A stretch of 24,775 nt of DNA from Fonticula alba ATCC 38817 (taxonomy: Eukaryota; Protista; Nucleariida), in the NCBI GenBank assembly GCA_000388065.2, contig KB932220.1; one strand, 5' to 3'. Below, piece after piece: positions 10,921 to 21,644 of the stretch. Numbering within the stretch: position 1 is the stretch's first letter; each line of letters opens with the position of its first letter. A program made the translations under genes and the position numbers. The notes below the pieces were generated by a model. It was not told where the DNA came from, did not search any database, and saw only the letters and a list, made by a program, of their open reading frames with translations.

Positions 10921-12206
10921 GTGTCCACATGCTGTGTGACGTGCACAGGCGCCTCCTCTGCTGTCCATCCACGCCAACACCTCGGCAGCCGTCGTGCTAC
11001 GCGCGCATGCGATGTGCGTGGTGTCACGCCTCTTCCCCGCGCTCCCTCTCCACCCCACCGGAGGGGGGCGGAAAGAGAAAGGCATGGAGAGAGGCACTCA
11101 CATGTCTGCTGTTCGGGCCCATTCTAGTACTTGCTCGCTCACTGGCACATGTGTGTTTACGCGCACCACACATATGTATTTGTTCCGTCACATTGGAGGG
11201 CGCGCGAAATACAAAGAAAAAGCGTCCAACCTAGCTCCCCTGCCCCTGCTCTTCTTCCCTCCTTCCCCTCCCGGGCGCTGACAACAGCGCCCACCGCAAG
11301 ACGCAGCGGGGGGGGGGGGGTCGCGCCGTACCTGCCACCGGCGGACGGTCCGCCGGCAGCCCAAGAGACTGGGTTTAGGTTGCCGCTTGGGAAAGTGTCT
11401 AGCGCAGAGCTCCGCATATCCAGATTGTATTCTTGTAGACGAGAATCAGCTGACAATGGTCGCGGCATGTTCGGACCGTGCCACCGGTGGCCACCCGGGA
11501 CAAGTAGCGGCGGCCGGGGGGGGGGGCGCGGGTGGGCACACGCAGCCCGGTGTGTTGGCCCACGCACGCTGGGAGGAAAATGCGCGCGCACTTTCGCCCC
11601 TCTGCGACCGGACTCGCGCGCGCGTTTGTTTCCCGCCCCCCCCCCCCCCCTGGCTGGCGGGCGAGAAACGGCCGGCAACTGGGCGGAGTTCTGGCCGAGG
11701 GGGCGAGGGGACCCGCCCGGAAAGGGGTCTTTTCCAGCGTGAGAGGCTCTTGCGCTGGGTCGGACGCGGATAGAGCGAGGCAGGACGAGACGCGTGAGGG
11801 TTGCGGGGGCGGGGGATGGGGGGTGTGCGCGCGCGGCCCCAAGGGCCCAGAGACCTCGGGAGAAATATTGCACAACATTTACCCCCTGCTACTACTCCCT
11901 CGCGCCTGTCCCCCTCTGGAGGCCCGCCCCAAGTGCCGGCAATGTGCCGGCTAGCCTCCGGCCTTCGAAGTAACCTCTGAAGGGACCCCCTACCGATCCC
12001 ATCCCCTCCCTCACCCCCCCCCCCTTTCCTCCGGTCTTTGGCTTCTCCCCCTCCCCCTTCTCTCTTGTTTCCCCTCTTCCCCTCCCCTCCCCGCTCCCCC
12101 CCCCCCTCCCATCAGGCTCGCCCCGCCCCTTTCAGGTGCAGGTCCCCCTCCCGCGCCGGGCCCATAGGGAGCGCGCCCACCCCTCCCTCCTCCTCTGTCC
12201 GCCACC

Positions 12207-15200
12207 ATGAGTCAGGTTGCCCTGCCACCCATGCCTCAGGGCCCTGCTTCTGGACTAACCAACCAGGAGCTTGAGCAGAAGTCCAAGAAATGGTGCGTCC
12301 CCTTTGGGCCGGTGAAATGTCCCTCCCCCTGCTCCTCGTCTGTCCCCCTTCGCGCACTCTGACCCCCATGGCACCTTGCTGATGGACAAATCGCCCATGA
12401 CAACCGTCGCCCCCCCCCCCCCTCTTCTCCACGCACGCACGCACGCCCCGCAGGCTCCAGATGAACAACGCTCGGTACTCGGAGCGTCAGCGCTTCGGCT
12501 CGACCGTTCCTCAGAAGGAGGAAATGCCCCCGGAGCACCTGCGCAAGATTATCAAGGACCATGGTGACATGAGCAGCAAGCGCTATCGCAATGACAAGCG
12601 CGTGTACCTCGGTGCTCTGAAGTATGTCCCCCACGCCACCTTCAAGCTGCTGGAGAACATGCCCATGCCGTGGGAGCAGATCCGCGACGTCGGGGTCCTG
12701 TACCACATCACCGGTGCCCTGACCCTGGTCAATGAGATCCCCTGGGTGGTGGAGCCGATTTACATTGCCCAGTGGGGCGCCATGTGGACCATCATGCGCA
12801 AGGAGAAGCGCGACCGTCGAGTACGCCCTTGCAATTCCCCCCCCCCCTTCCTACCGCGGCTGCACCCGCCTCCCGGCCCCTTCCCTCCTCCCCGCATTCA
12901 ACCGACTGATCCCCTCCTTCACCCTCGGCCAACCCCCCTCAGCACTTCCGTCGCATGCGCCTGCCGCCCTTTGACGATGAGGAGCCCCCTCTGGATTACG
13001 GCGACAACCTGATCGATGTGGACCCGGTGGCCGCGGTTCGCCTTCCCTTGGACGATGTGCGTCTTCTCTCGCCTTCACCCCCCTCTCTCTCTCTTCCCCC
13101 CTTTCCGCAGGCCATCCCAGGGTACATCATGCTCATCTTGACCAACCTCCCCCCCCCCCCCCCCCCCCCCCCCCCGGCCCACAGGACGAAGACCACGCCA
13201 TCAGCGACTGGTTCTACGACCACAAGCCGCTATTGCACACCGAGCATATCAACGGCTCGACGTACCGCCACTGGAAGCTGGATTTCCCCATCATGTCGAC
13301 GCTCTACCGCTTCGCGCGCGTCCTTCTCAGTGACATCTACGACCAGAACTACTTCTACCTGTTCGATGAGCCGAGCTTCTTCACGGCCAAGGCCCTGAAC
13401 TTTGCCATTCCCCGGGGCCCGAAGTTTGAGCCGCTCTTCCGCGACGAGGGCGAGGCCGATGCCGACTGGAATGAATTCAACGACATCAACAAGATCATCA
13501 TCCGGCACAAGCTCAACACCCAAACCCTGGTGGCCTTCCCCTACCTGTACAATGACCGGCCGCGTGCGGTGCACCTCGGTGTGTACCATCACCCGTCGGT
13601 GCTGTACTTCTACCCGGAGGATGCCAACCTGCCGGCGTACCACTTCGACCGGTCCATCAACCCCCTGGTCACCAGCCAGTTTGACATCGATCATGAGAAT
13701 GCCTTTGCCGATGAGATCTTCCAGGAGGACGAGGCCTTCGAGCTGCCGGAGGCGGTGGCCTCGGCCGGCATCGACGCCGAGCGCTGGCGCGGCACCGGCG
13801 GCTCCGATCTCGGGCCCCTTCCGGAGGGCTTCGGCCCGCTGCTGGCCGACAAGCCCCTGGCCACGGAGCGCACCGCCGACGGCCTGGCCCTCTACTGGGC
13901 GCCCCATCCCTTTGACAAGCGTTCCGGCCGGACCCGCCGGGCCCAGGATGTGCCCCTGATCAAGCGCTGGTACCAGGAGTACTGCCCGCCGGACCAGCCT
14001 CTCAAGGTGGTGGTGTCCTACCAGAAGCTGCTGAAGTCCTATGTGCTGAATGCCCTTCGCCAGCGGCCGCCGGTGCCGACCACCAAGCGTCACCTGCTGC
14101 GGCAGTTCAAGAGCACGAAGTTCTTCCAATCGACCACCATCGATTGGGTGGAAGCCGGCCTGCAGGTTTGCCGCCAGGGCTACAACACCCTGAACCTGCT
14201 TATCCACCGGAAGAACCTCAACTACCTGCACCTGGATTACAACTTCAACCTGAAGCCCACGCGGACCCTGACCACCAAGGAGCGGAAGAAGTCCCGCTTC
14301 GGCAATGCCTTCCACCTGTGCCGGGAGATCTTGCGCCTGACCAAGCTGATTGTTGATGCCCATGTGCAGTACCGGCTGGGCACCAATGATGCCCTTCACC
14401 TGGCCGATGGCCTGCAGTACACATTCAACCATGTGGGCCAGCTGACCGGCATGTACCGGTACAAGTACAAGCTCATGCGCCAGATCCGCATGTGCAAGGA
14501 CATCAAGCATGTCATCTACTACCGGTTCAACACCGGGGCCGTGGGCAAGGGCCCGGGTGTGGGCTTCTGGGCGCCATCCTGGCGCGTGTGGCTCTTCTTC
14601 ATGCGGGGCATTGTCCCGCTGCTGGAGCGCTGGCTGGGGAACCTGCTGTCGCGGCACTTCGAGGGCCGGTCCTCCAAGGCCGTGGCCAAGACCACCACCA
14701 AGCAGCGCATCGAGTCCAGCTATGACATCGAGCTCCGAGCCGCCGTCATGAAGGACATCGAGGACATGATGCCGGAGGGTGTGCGCAACTCCAAGGCCAA
14801 GCAGATTCTCCAGCACCTGAGCGAGGCGTGGCGCTGCTTCAAGGCCAACGTCCCGTGGAAGGTCCCCGGCATGCCGGTCCAGCTGGAGACCCTCATTTTG
14901 CGCTATGTCAAGTCCAAGGCCGACTGGTGGACCTCGGCCACGCACTACAACCGCGAGCGCATCCGCCGCGGTGCCACCGTCGACAAGACCGTCTGCCGGA
15001 AGAACCTCGGTCGCCTGACTCGTCTGTATCTGAAGGCCGAGCAGGAGCGCCAGCAGAACTACCTGAAGGACGGGCCGTATGTGTCGCCGGAGCAGGCCGT
15101 GTCCATCTACACCTCGTTGGCCCATTGGCTGGAGCGTCGCCGGTGCGTCCTTTTCACGATATCTCTCCCGATCGCGTGTCTCCTCCTTCTCTTGCTTCCT

Positions 15201-18200
15201 CTGCTCCCCGTCTGCCGGGGGCGCTGTTGTCTTTGTTCTGCTTTGCCTCTCTCGTTCTCTCTCTTGCTCTCTTGCTCTCTTGCTCTCTTGCTCTCTTGCT
15301 CTCCCTCCCTCTCCCTCCCTCTCCCTCCCTCTCCCTCCCTCTCCGCCCTCCCACTCACGCGTCTTTCAAACACCCCGCCATCCTAGCTTCTCGCCCATTC
15401 CCTTCCCGCCGGCCACATACAAGCACGACATCAAGCTCCTGCTGCTGGCTCTGGAGAAGATGCGCGAGCAGTACACCGCCAACATCCGCCTGAACCAGAC
15501 CCAGCGCGAGGAGCTGAGCCTCATCGAGCAGGGCTACGACAACCCGTATGAGGTCCTGCAGCGCATCAAGCGCCACCTTGTCTACGACCGGACCTTCAAG
15601 GAGGTGTCCATCCAGTTCTTCGACATGTACTCGCACCTGATCCCGGTGTATGTGATCGAGCCCATCGAGAAGATCACCGACGCCTATCTGGACCAGTTCC
15701 TCTGGTATGAGGCTGATCGCCGCGGGCTCTTCCCCAACTGGGTCAAGCCCTCGGATCACGAGGTGCCGCCGCTGCTGGTGTACAAGTGCGTGTGACAAGA
15801 GCCCGCTCTTCCTCTGCACCTCCCCGCCCCGCCCCGCCCCGCCCCGCCCCCCACCCCACGCGTGGGCCACCATCTGCCCGTGTTTGCCTGTGTTCTAATC
15901 GTCCCTCTCCCTCTCTCTCTCTCTTCCCCCCCTCCCCTCACCCCCTTGCAGGTGGAGCCAGGCCATCAACAACCTGCAGGATGTTTGGGACACCTCCGAG
16001 GAGCAGTGCAGTGTCCTCCTGGAGACCAAGTTCGACAAGGTCTTCGAGAAGATCGATCTCACCCTGCTGAACCGTCTCCTGCGACTGATCGTGGACCACA
16101 ACATCGCCGACTACATGACCTCCAAGAACAATGTCACGGTCAGCTTCAAGGACATGAGCCACATCAACTCGTATGGTCTCATTCGCGGGCTGCAGTTCTC
16201 CTCCTTCATCTTCCAATTCTATGGCCTGGTGCTGGATCTCCTGGTGCTGGGCATGGAGCGCGCGGATGACATTTGCGGCAACCCGGCCTCGCCGAATCCC
16301 TTCGGCACCTTCGCCGACGTGGCCACCGAGACCCGGCATCCCATCCGGCTGTACTGCCGGTACATCGATCGGTTCTACATGTTTGTCCGGTTCTCCAAGG
16401 AGGAGGCTCGCGAGTTGATTGGCCGGTACCTGACCGAGAACCCGGACCCGAACAACGAGAACATGATCGGCTACGAGAACAAGCGCTGCTGGCCGCGCGA
16501 CTGCCGCATGCGTCTCATCAAGCATGACGTGAATCTGGGCCGCGCCCTGCACTGGGACCTGCGCAACCGCCTGCCCCGGTCGCTGACGACCCTCAACTGG
16601 GAGGACACCTTTGTGTCGGTGTACAGCAAGGACAACCCCAACTTGCTGTTCAGCATGTGCGGCTTCGAGGTGCGGATCCTGCCGAAGCAGCGCATGGGCG
16701 ACCAGAAGTTCGCCCTGACCGAGGGCCTGTGGGACCTGATCAGCGAGCAGACGCGCGAGCGCACGGCCCAGGCCTTCCTCCGGGTGGACCAGGAGAGCAT
16801 GGACCGGTTCAACAACCGGATCCGGCAGATTCTCATGTCCTCCGGATCGACGACCTTCAGCAAGATCATCAACAAGTGGAACACGGCCCTCATTTCCCTG
16901 ATGACGTACTACCGCGAGGCGGTGGTCCATACGCGCGAGCTGCTGGACCTCATCGTCAAGAATGAGACCAAGATCCAGACGCGTGTCAAGATCGGCCTCA
17001 ATTCCAAGATGCCCTCGCGCTTCCCGCCGGTGGTCTTCTACTGCCCGAAGGAGTTCGGCGGCCTGGGCATGCTGTCCATGGGGCACATTCTCATTCCCCA
17101 ATCGGATCTCCGGTACTCGCGGCAGACGGATGTCGGCATTTCGCACTTCCGCTCCGGCATGAGTCACGATGCGGACCAGTCGATCCCGGCCCTGCACCGG
17201 TACATCCAGCCCTGGTCCAGTGAGTTTGTCGATTCGCAGCGCGTCTGGAGCGAGTATGCCATGAAGCGCAGCGAGGCGGCCTCCAAGAACAGTCGCATCA
17301 CGCTGGAGGACCTGGAGGACTCTTGGGACCGTGGTCTGCCCCGGATCAACACCCTCTTCAGCAAGGACCGCCGGACGCTGGCCTACGACAAGGGCTGGCG
17401 CGTGCGCCTGGACTTCAAGCAGTATCAGGTCCTGCGGCTGAATCCCTTCTGGTGGACGGATCAGAAGCATGACGGTAAGCTGTGGCATCTGAACAACTAC
17501 CGGACCGACATCATCCAGGCCCTCGGCGGTGTGGAGGGCATCCTGGAGCATACCCTCTTCGCTGGGACTTACTTCCCCACTTGGGAGGGTCTCTTCTGGG
17601 AGAAGTCCTCCGGCTTCGAGGAGACCATGAAGTTCAAGAAGCTGACCAATGCCCAGCGCTCCGGTCTGAGCCAGATCCCCAATCGCCGGTTCACGCTGTG
17701 GTGGTCGCCGACCATCAACCGCGCCAATGTGTACGTGGGTTTCCAGGTGCAGCTGGATCTGACCGGCATTTTCATGCACGGTAAGATCCCCACGCTGAAG
17801 ATCTCGCTGGTGCAGATCTTCCGCGCGCATCTGTGGCAGAAGATCCACGAGTCGATTGTGATGGACTTGTGCCAGGTGTTTGATCAGGAGCTGGACTCGC
17901 TGCACATTGAGCAGGTCCAGAAGGAGACCATTCACCCGCGTAAGTCCTACAAGATGAACAGCTCCTGTGCGGATATTCTCCTCTTCGCGGCCACCAAGTG
18001 GAATGTCTCCAACCCCTCGCTGATGGCCCAGGCGGAGGATGACTTCAGCGTGGCCACCACGCAGAAGTACTGGGTGGATGTGCAGCTCCGGTGGGGTGAC
18101 TTCGATTCGCACGACATCGAGCGCTACACCCGGCAGAAGTTCCACGATTACACCCAATCCACCATGGCCACCTACCCGTCGGCCACCGGCATCATCATGG

Positions 18201-20125
18201 GCATCGACCTGGCGTACAACCTGCACACGGCCTATGGCAACTGGTTCCCCGGCATGAAGCAGCTCATGCGTCGGGCCTCGGCCAAGATCATGAAGGCCAG
18301 CCCGGCGCTGCATGTCCTGCGCGAGCGCATCCGCAAGGCCCTGCAGCTGTACTCCTCCGAGCCGACCGAGCCGTACCTGTCGTCGCAGAACTACGGCGAG
18401 CTTTTCAGCCAGCAGATCATCTGGTTTGTGGATGACACCAATGTCTACCGGGTGACCGTGCACAAGACCTTCGAGGGTAATACCCCGGGCAAGGCCATCA
18501 ACGGCGCGGCGCTCATCTTCAACCCGCGCACCGGTCAGCTGTACATGAAGATCATTCATGCGTCCACTTGGAAGGGTCAGAAGCGTCTGAGCCAGCTGGC
18601 TCGGTGGAAGACCGCCGAAGAGGTGGCCTCCCTGATTCGGTCACTTCCGGTGGAGGAGCAGCCCCGGCAGCTGATTGTCACTCGCAAGGCCATGCTGGAT
18701 CCGCTGTCCATGTACATGAACGACTTCCCGAACATCACCATCAAGGGGTCCGAGCTGCAGCTTCCCTTCAAGGCGTGCCTCAACCTGGAGACCTTCGGTG
18801 ACCTGGTGCTCAATGCCAATGAGTCCCACATGAAGGTGTTCAACATGTTCGATGACTGGCTGAAGACCATTTCCTCGTACACGGCCTTCTCGCGACTGAT
18901 CCTCATCCTGCGCGCTCTGCATGTGAATGTCGAGAAGACCAAGGCCCTGCTCCGGCCGGACCGCGAGACCATCATGCAGACCCAGCACATTTGGCCTTCG
19001 CTGACCGACGAGCAGTGGAAGGACACCGAGGTGAAGCTGAAGGATCTGGTGCTGGCCGACTATGCCAAGCGCAACAATGTCAATTTCAATGCCCTGACTC
19101 AGTCCGAGATTCGAGACATCATCCTCGGCATGGAGATCGCCGCGCCGGATGAGCAGCGTCAGCAGATGGCCGAGATTGAGAAGCAGAACCGCGAGGCCCA
19201 GGTGACCGCCGTCACCACCCGGTCGACCACGGTCCATGGGGACGAGATCATCGTCACCACCACCACCGGCTATGAGACCCGGGCCTTCTCTTCCAAGACC
19301 GAGTGGCGTGTCCGGGCGGTGTCCGCCACCAACCTCCACCTGCGCACCAACCAGATTTACGTGGCGGCCGGCGATGTCCGGGAGACCGGGTACACCTATG
19401 TCCTGCCGAAGAACATCCTCAAGCGCTTCATCGTCATCTCCGATCTGCATACCCAAATCGCCGGGTACATGTATGGCATTTCGCCGCCGGACAATCCCCA
19501 GGTCAAGGAAATCCATTGCATTGTGCTGGTCCCCCAGTGGGGCAACCACCAGATGGTGCACCTGCCGCGCCAGCTGCCTGACAACCCGTATCTCCGGGAT
19601 TTGGAGCCTCTTGGCTGGATTCACACCCAGCCGAATGAGCTGCCGCAGCTGGCTCCCCAGGATGTGGCGCAGCATGCGCGCACCATTGCCGCCAATCCGG
19701 ACAGCTGGTCGCTGGATACGTCGATCGTGGTGACCTGCTCCTTCACCCCGGGATCCTGCTCGCTGGCGGCCTACCGCCTGACGGAGCCCGGTCTCCGGTG
19801 GGGTCGCGACCAGCGCGAGGGGGCCATCGAGCAGCGTGGCTATCTGCCCACCCATTATGAGAAGGTGCAGATGCTTCTGTCCGATCGCTTCCTTGGGTTC
19901 TTCATGGTCCCGGAGGAGGGCCCGTGGAACTACAACTTCATGGCTGTCCGCCACTCGCCGAGCATGCAGTACTCGGTCAAGCTGGATGTCCCGAACGAGT
20001 TCTACCACGAGACCCACCGGCCGTCGCACTTCCTGGATTACACCCTGCTGCAGGATACGGCCACGGTCGGCGCGGCCGATGGTGCCGAGCAGGAGGCCGC
20101 TGATCGTGAGGACCACTTCAAGTGA
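12207..20125 (+). CDS. PRP8: Pre-mRNA processing factor 8 (U5 snRNP core protein), full length, about 2365 aa, 6 exons
   Basis: GCCACCATG start at 12207. Exons 12207-12292, 12454-12820, 12943-13056, 13185-15142, 15387-15785 and 15952-20125 join in frame (7098 nt, TGA stop). The splices restore conserved Prp8 motifs (KKW|LQ, RDRR|[19 protein letters not shown]|RFSPIPFP, LVYK|WSQAINNL). Hallmarks include [35 protein letters not shown] (RNase H-like), Jab1/[11 protein letters not shown] and terminal ADREDHFK. Confidence 0.98.
15259..15338 (+). repeat. Compound pyrimidine tandem repeat in Prp8 intron 4: (CTCTCTTG)x5 followed by (CTCTCCCTCC)x4
   Basis: Read directly from the sequence. Confidence 0.9.
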
Positions 20126-20618
20126 GACATCGCTGCCTTTTTCCCCCCGTGTCCTTCATCCTCCCTCCTCTGGCGAAGGGAGACCAGCAAGAGAGCGTGG
20201 ACCGAGAGCGCCGGTGGCCAAGGAGAGGAAGAGGACATGCGTGTTCCTTTGCTTCTTTTCACTTTCTTCCCTCCTCGCGCCTGTGTGCCCCCTCTGGGGC
20301 TGGCCTCTCTGCCCCGGCTTGTCTGTGCTTGTGCTCTGTATTTGCACCTTCCTTCCAGTCTGTTGCAGCAAAACCTCCCCAATTTGTGTCCCCCCCTCCT
20401 CCCACACACACACACACACACACACACCATTCGGCATGTGCCTCCCACATTTATGTATACCCTGTAAAAATAGAAACCTCCACAACATGTGTCAGCAAGG
20501 CAGTGTCAATCTCCAAGTGTAACATGCATTTTGGGACGCGGCCCCGGGGGAGCCACCTCGCGCCCGCCCAGCTCTGCGAGTGTCCGAGGAGCATTCCCCA
20601 GCCCAACAACACAAGCGC

Positions 20619-20620
<2 letters not shown>

Positions 20621-20670
<50 letters not shown>
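20621..20670. repeat. (AG)25 microsatellite
   Basis: Perfect AG run between the Prp8 3' region and tRNA-Ala copy 2. A shorter (CA)n run lies at about 20403-20426. Confidence 0.97.
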
Positions 20671-20672
<2 letters not shown>

Positions 20673-20727
20673 TGACTGGGAAGGCGGAAAAAGACTGCCA
20701 GAGCAGTGGCAACTGCTCAAAAGGTTA

Positions 20728-20800
20728 TGGAGGCGGAGGGTATCGATCCCCCTGCCTGCCGCATGCTAAGCGGCCGCTCTACCATTTGAGCTACGCCCCC
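20728..20800 (-). tRNA. tRNA-Ala (anticodon AGC), copy 2
   Basis: The reverse complement is identical over 73 nt to 8449-8521. T4 at 20719-20722. Confidence 0.96.
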
Positions 20801-21420
20801 TCGGTTGAAGGGACAGGCGACCCTCGCGCCAAAAGAAGCACCCTTTATTCGGGCTGAAGCCTCTCGTAGCCTTCGCCGTGGCTCGATCAGCAGCCAAGCA
20901 AGCTCAATCGCCGCCCGCCGCCACGCCAACAGATGATCCTCCCTGCTTGGCGCCAAATTCCCCCCCCCCCGGCACAGCCGCAGTCCCTGGAGAAAGGGGG
21001 AATGCCCAGCGAAGTGTTCCTCTTTTCGTGTTTGGGCAACACCTCGCCAGGGAAGCTACGACTGAAGTGGCGGTGTCCTCGTCTGACACAGGACAGGCAG
21101 GTCCGGCAGCCCTCGCGCACATCGGACAGTGTGTTCAGTCCATGTCTGCAAGGGTTGTGTGTGTCCGTGTGTGCGCGCTATTGGAGACGCGAAGAGGTGA
21201 AAAGAAGGGCAAAGGAGGTCCGTGGACAGGCGGCGGGGTGACAGCAATAAGAGGCAAAACAGCATGGACACGGAAAGGGGATGCCCTTCTGGCTTGTCCA
21301 TCCTGCATCATGGCCGACCAAGATCGCAAGGTCCACTTGTTTCTATTCAAGGACGAGATACTTCAAAAGAATAGGACACTTTGTTGGTGCTTCTCTGTTC
21401 TTGCACTCATCGCGCCCCGA

Positions 21421-21480
21421 TGTGCATGGAGTGTGTGTGTGTGTGCATGGAGTGTGTGTGTGTGCATGGAGTGTGTGTGT
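21421..21480. repeat. Three copies of a ~20-nt unit GTGCATGGAG(TG)n
   Basis: Read directly from the sequence, immediately left of the 10-mer array. Confidence 0.8.
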
Positions 21481-21500
21481 GTATGTGCGTTTGTGTGCCC

Positions 21501-21630
21501 GCGTGTGGTCGCGTGTGGCCGCGTGTGGCCGCGTGTGGCCGCGTGTGGTCGCGTGTGCCCGCGTGTGCCCGCGTGTGGTCGCGTGTGCCCGCGTGTGCCC
21601 GCGTGTGGCCGCGTGTGGCCGCGTGTGGCT
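21501..21630. repeat. Minisatellite, 13 copies of the 10-mer GCGTGTG(G/C)(C/T)C
   Basis: Thirteen in-register units with variants GGCC, GGTC and GCCC (last unit ends GGCT). Confidence 0.95.
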
Positions 21631-21644
21631 TGCCGGTCCTCCAC

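Noticed and set aside
11338-11356. 9-bp inverted repeat CCGGCGGAC-G-GTCCGCCGG and a nearby 12-bp palindrome at 11480-11491
   Set aside because: Such short GC-only palindromes are expected by chance in about 25 kb of GC-rich DNA.
11278-11449. Possible minus-strand exon (11449-11332) with a GTACGG donor between SGT and Prp8
   Set aside because: AT-ending codons, no coherent start or neighbouring exons, and the peptide is unrecognisable.
13101-13125. Strong-looking acceptor CTTTCCGCAG at 13110 or a micro-exon in Prp8 intron 3
   Set aside because: Using it adds 74 nt (or a 10-11 nt micro-exon) and frameshifts Prp8. It lies upstream of the likely branch point.
17590-17630. Prp8 intein at the fungal PRP8-a site (FWEK[A/S]|SGFEE)
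   Set aside because: The sequence reads [12 protein letters not shown] continuously and the total protein length is normal, so there is no intein.
13230-20116. Long minus-strand ORFs 13230-15125, 15938-18559 and 18641-20116
   Set aside because: Antisense shadows of Prp8 caused by codon bias.
20701-20718. 7-bp hairpin GAGCAGT-GGCA-ACTGCTC beside the tRNA-Ala copy 2 terminator
   Set aside because: Short, absent from the other six tRNA genes, and Pol III termination needs only oligo-T.
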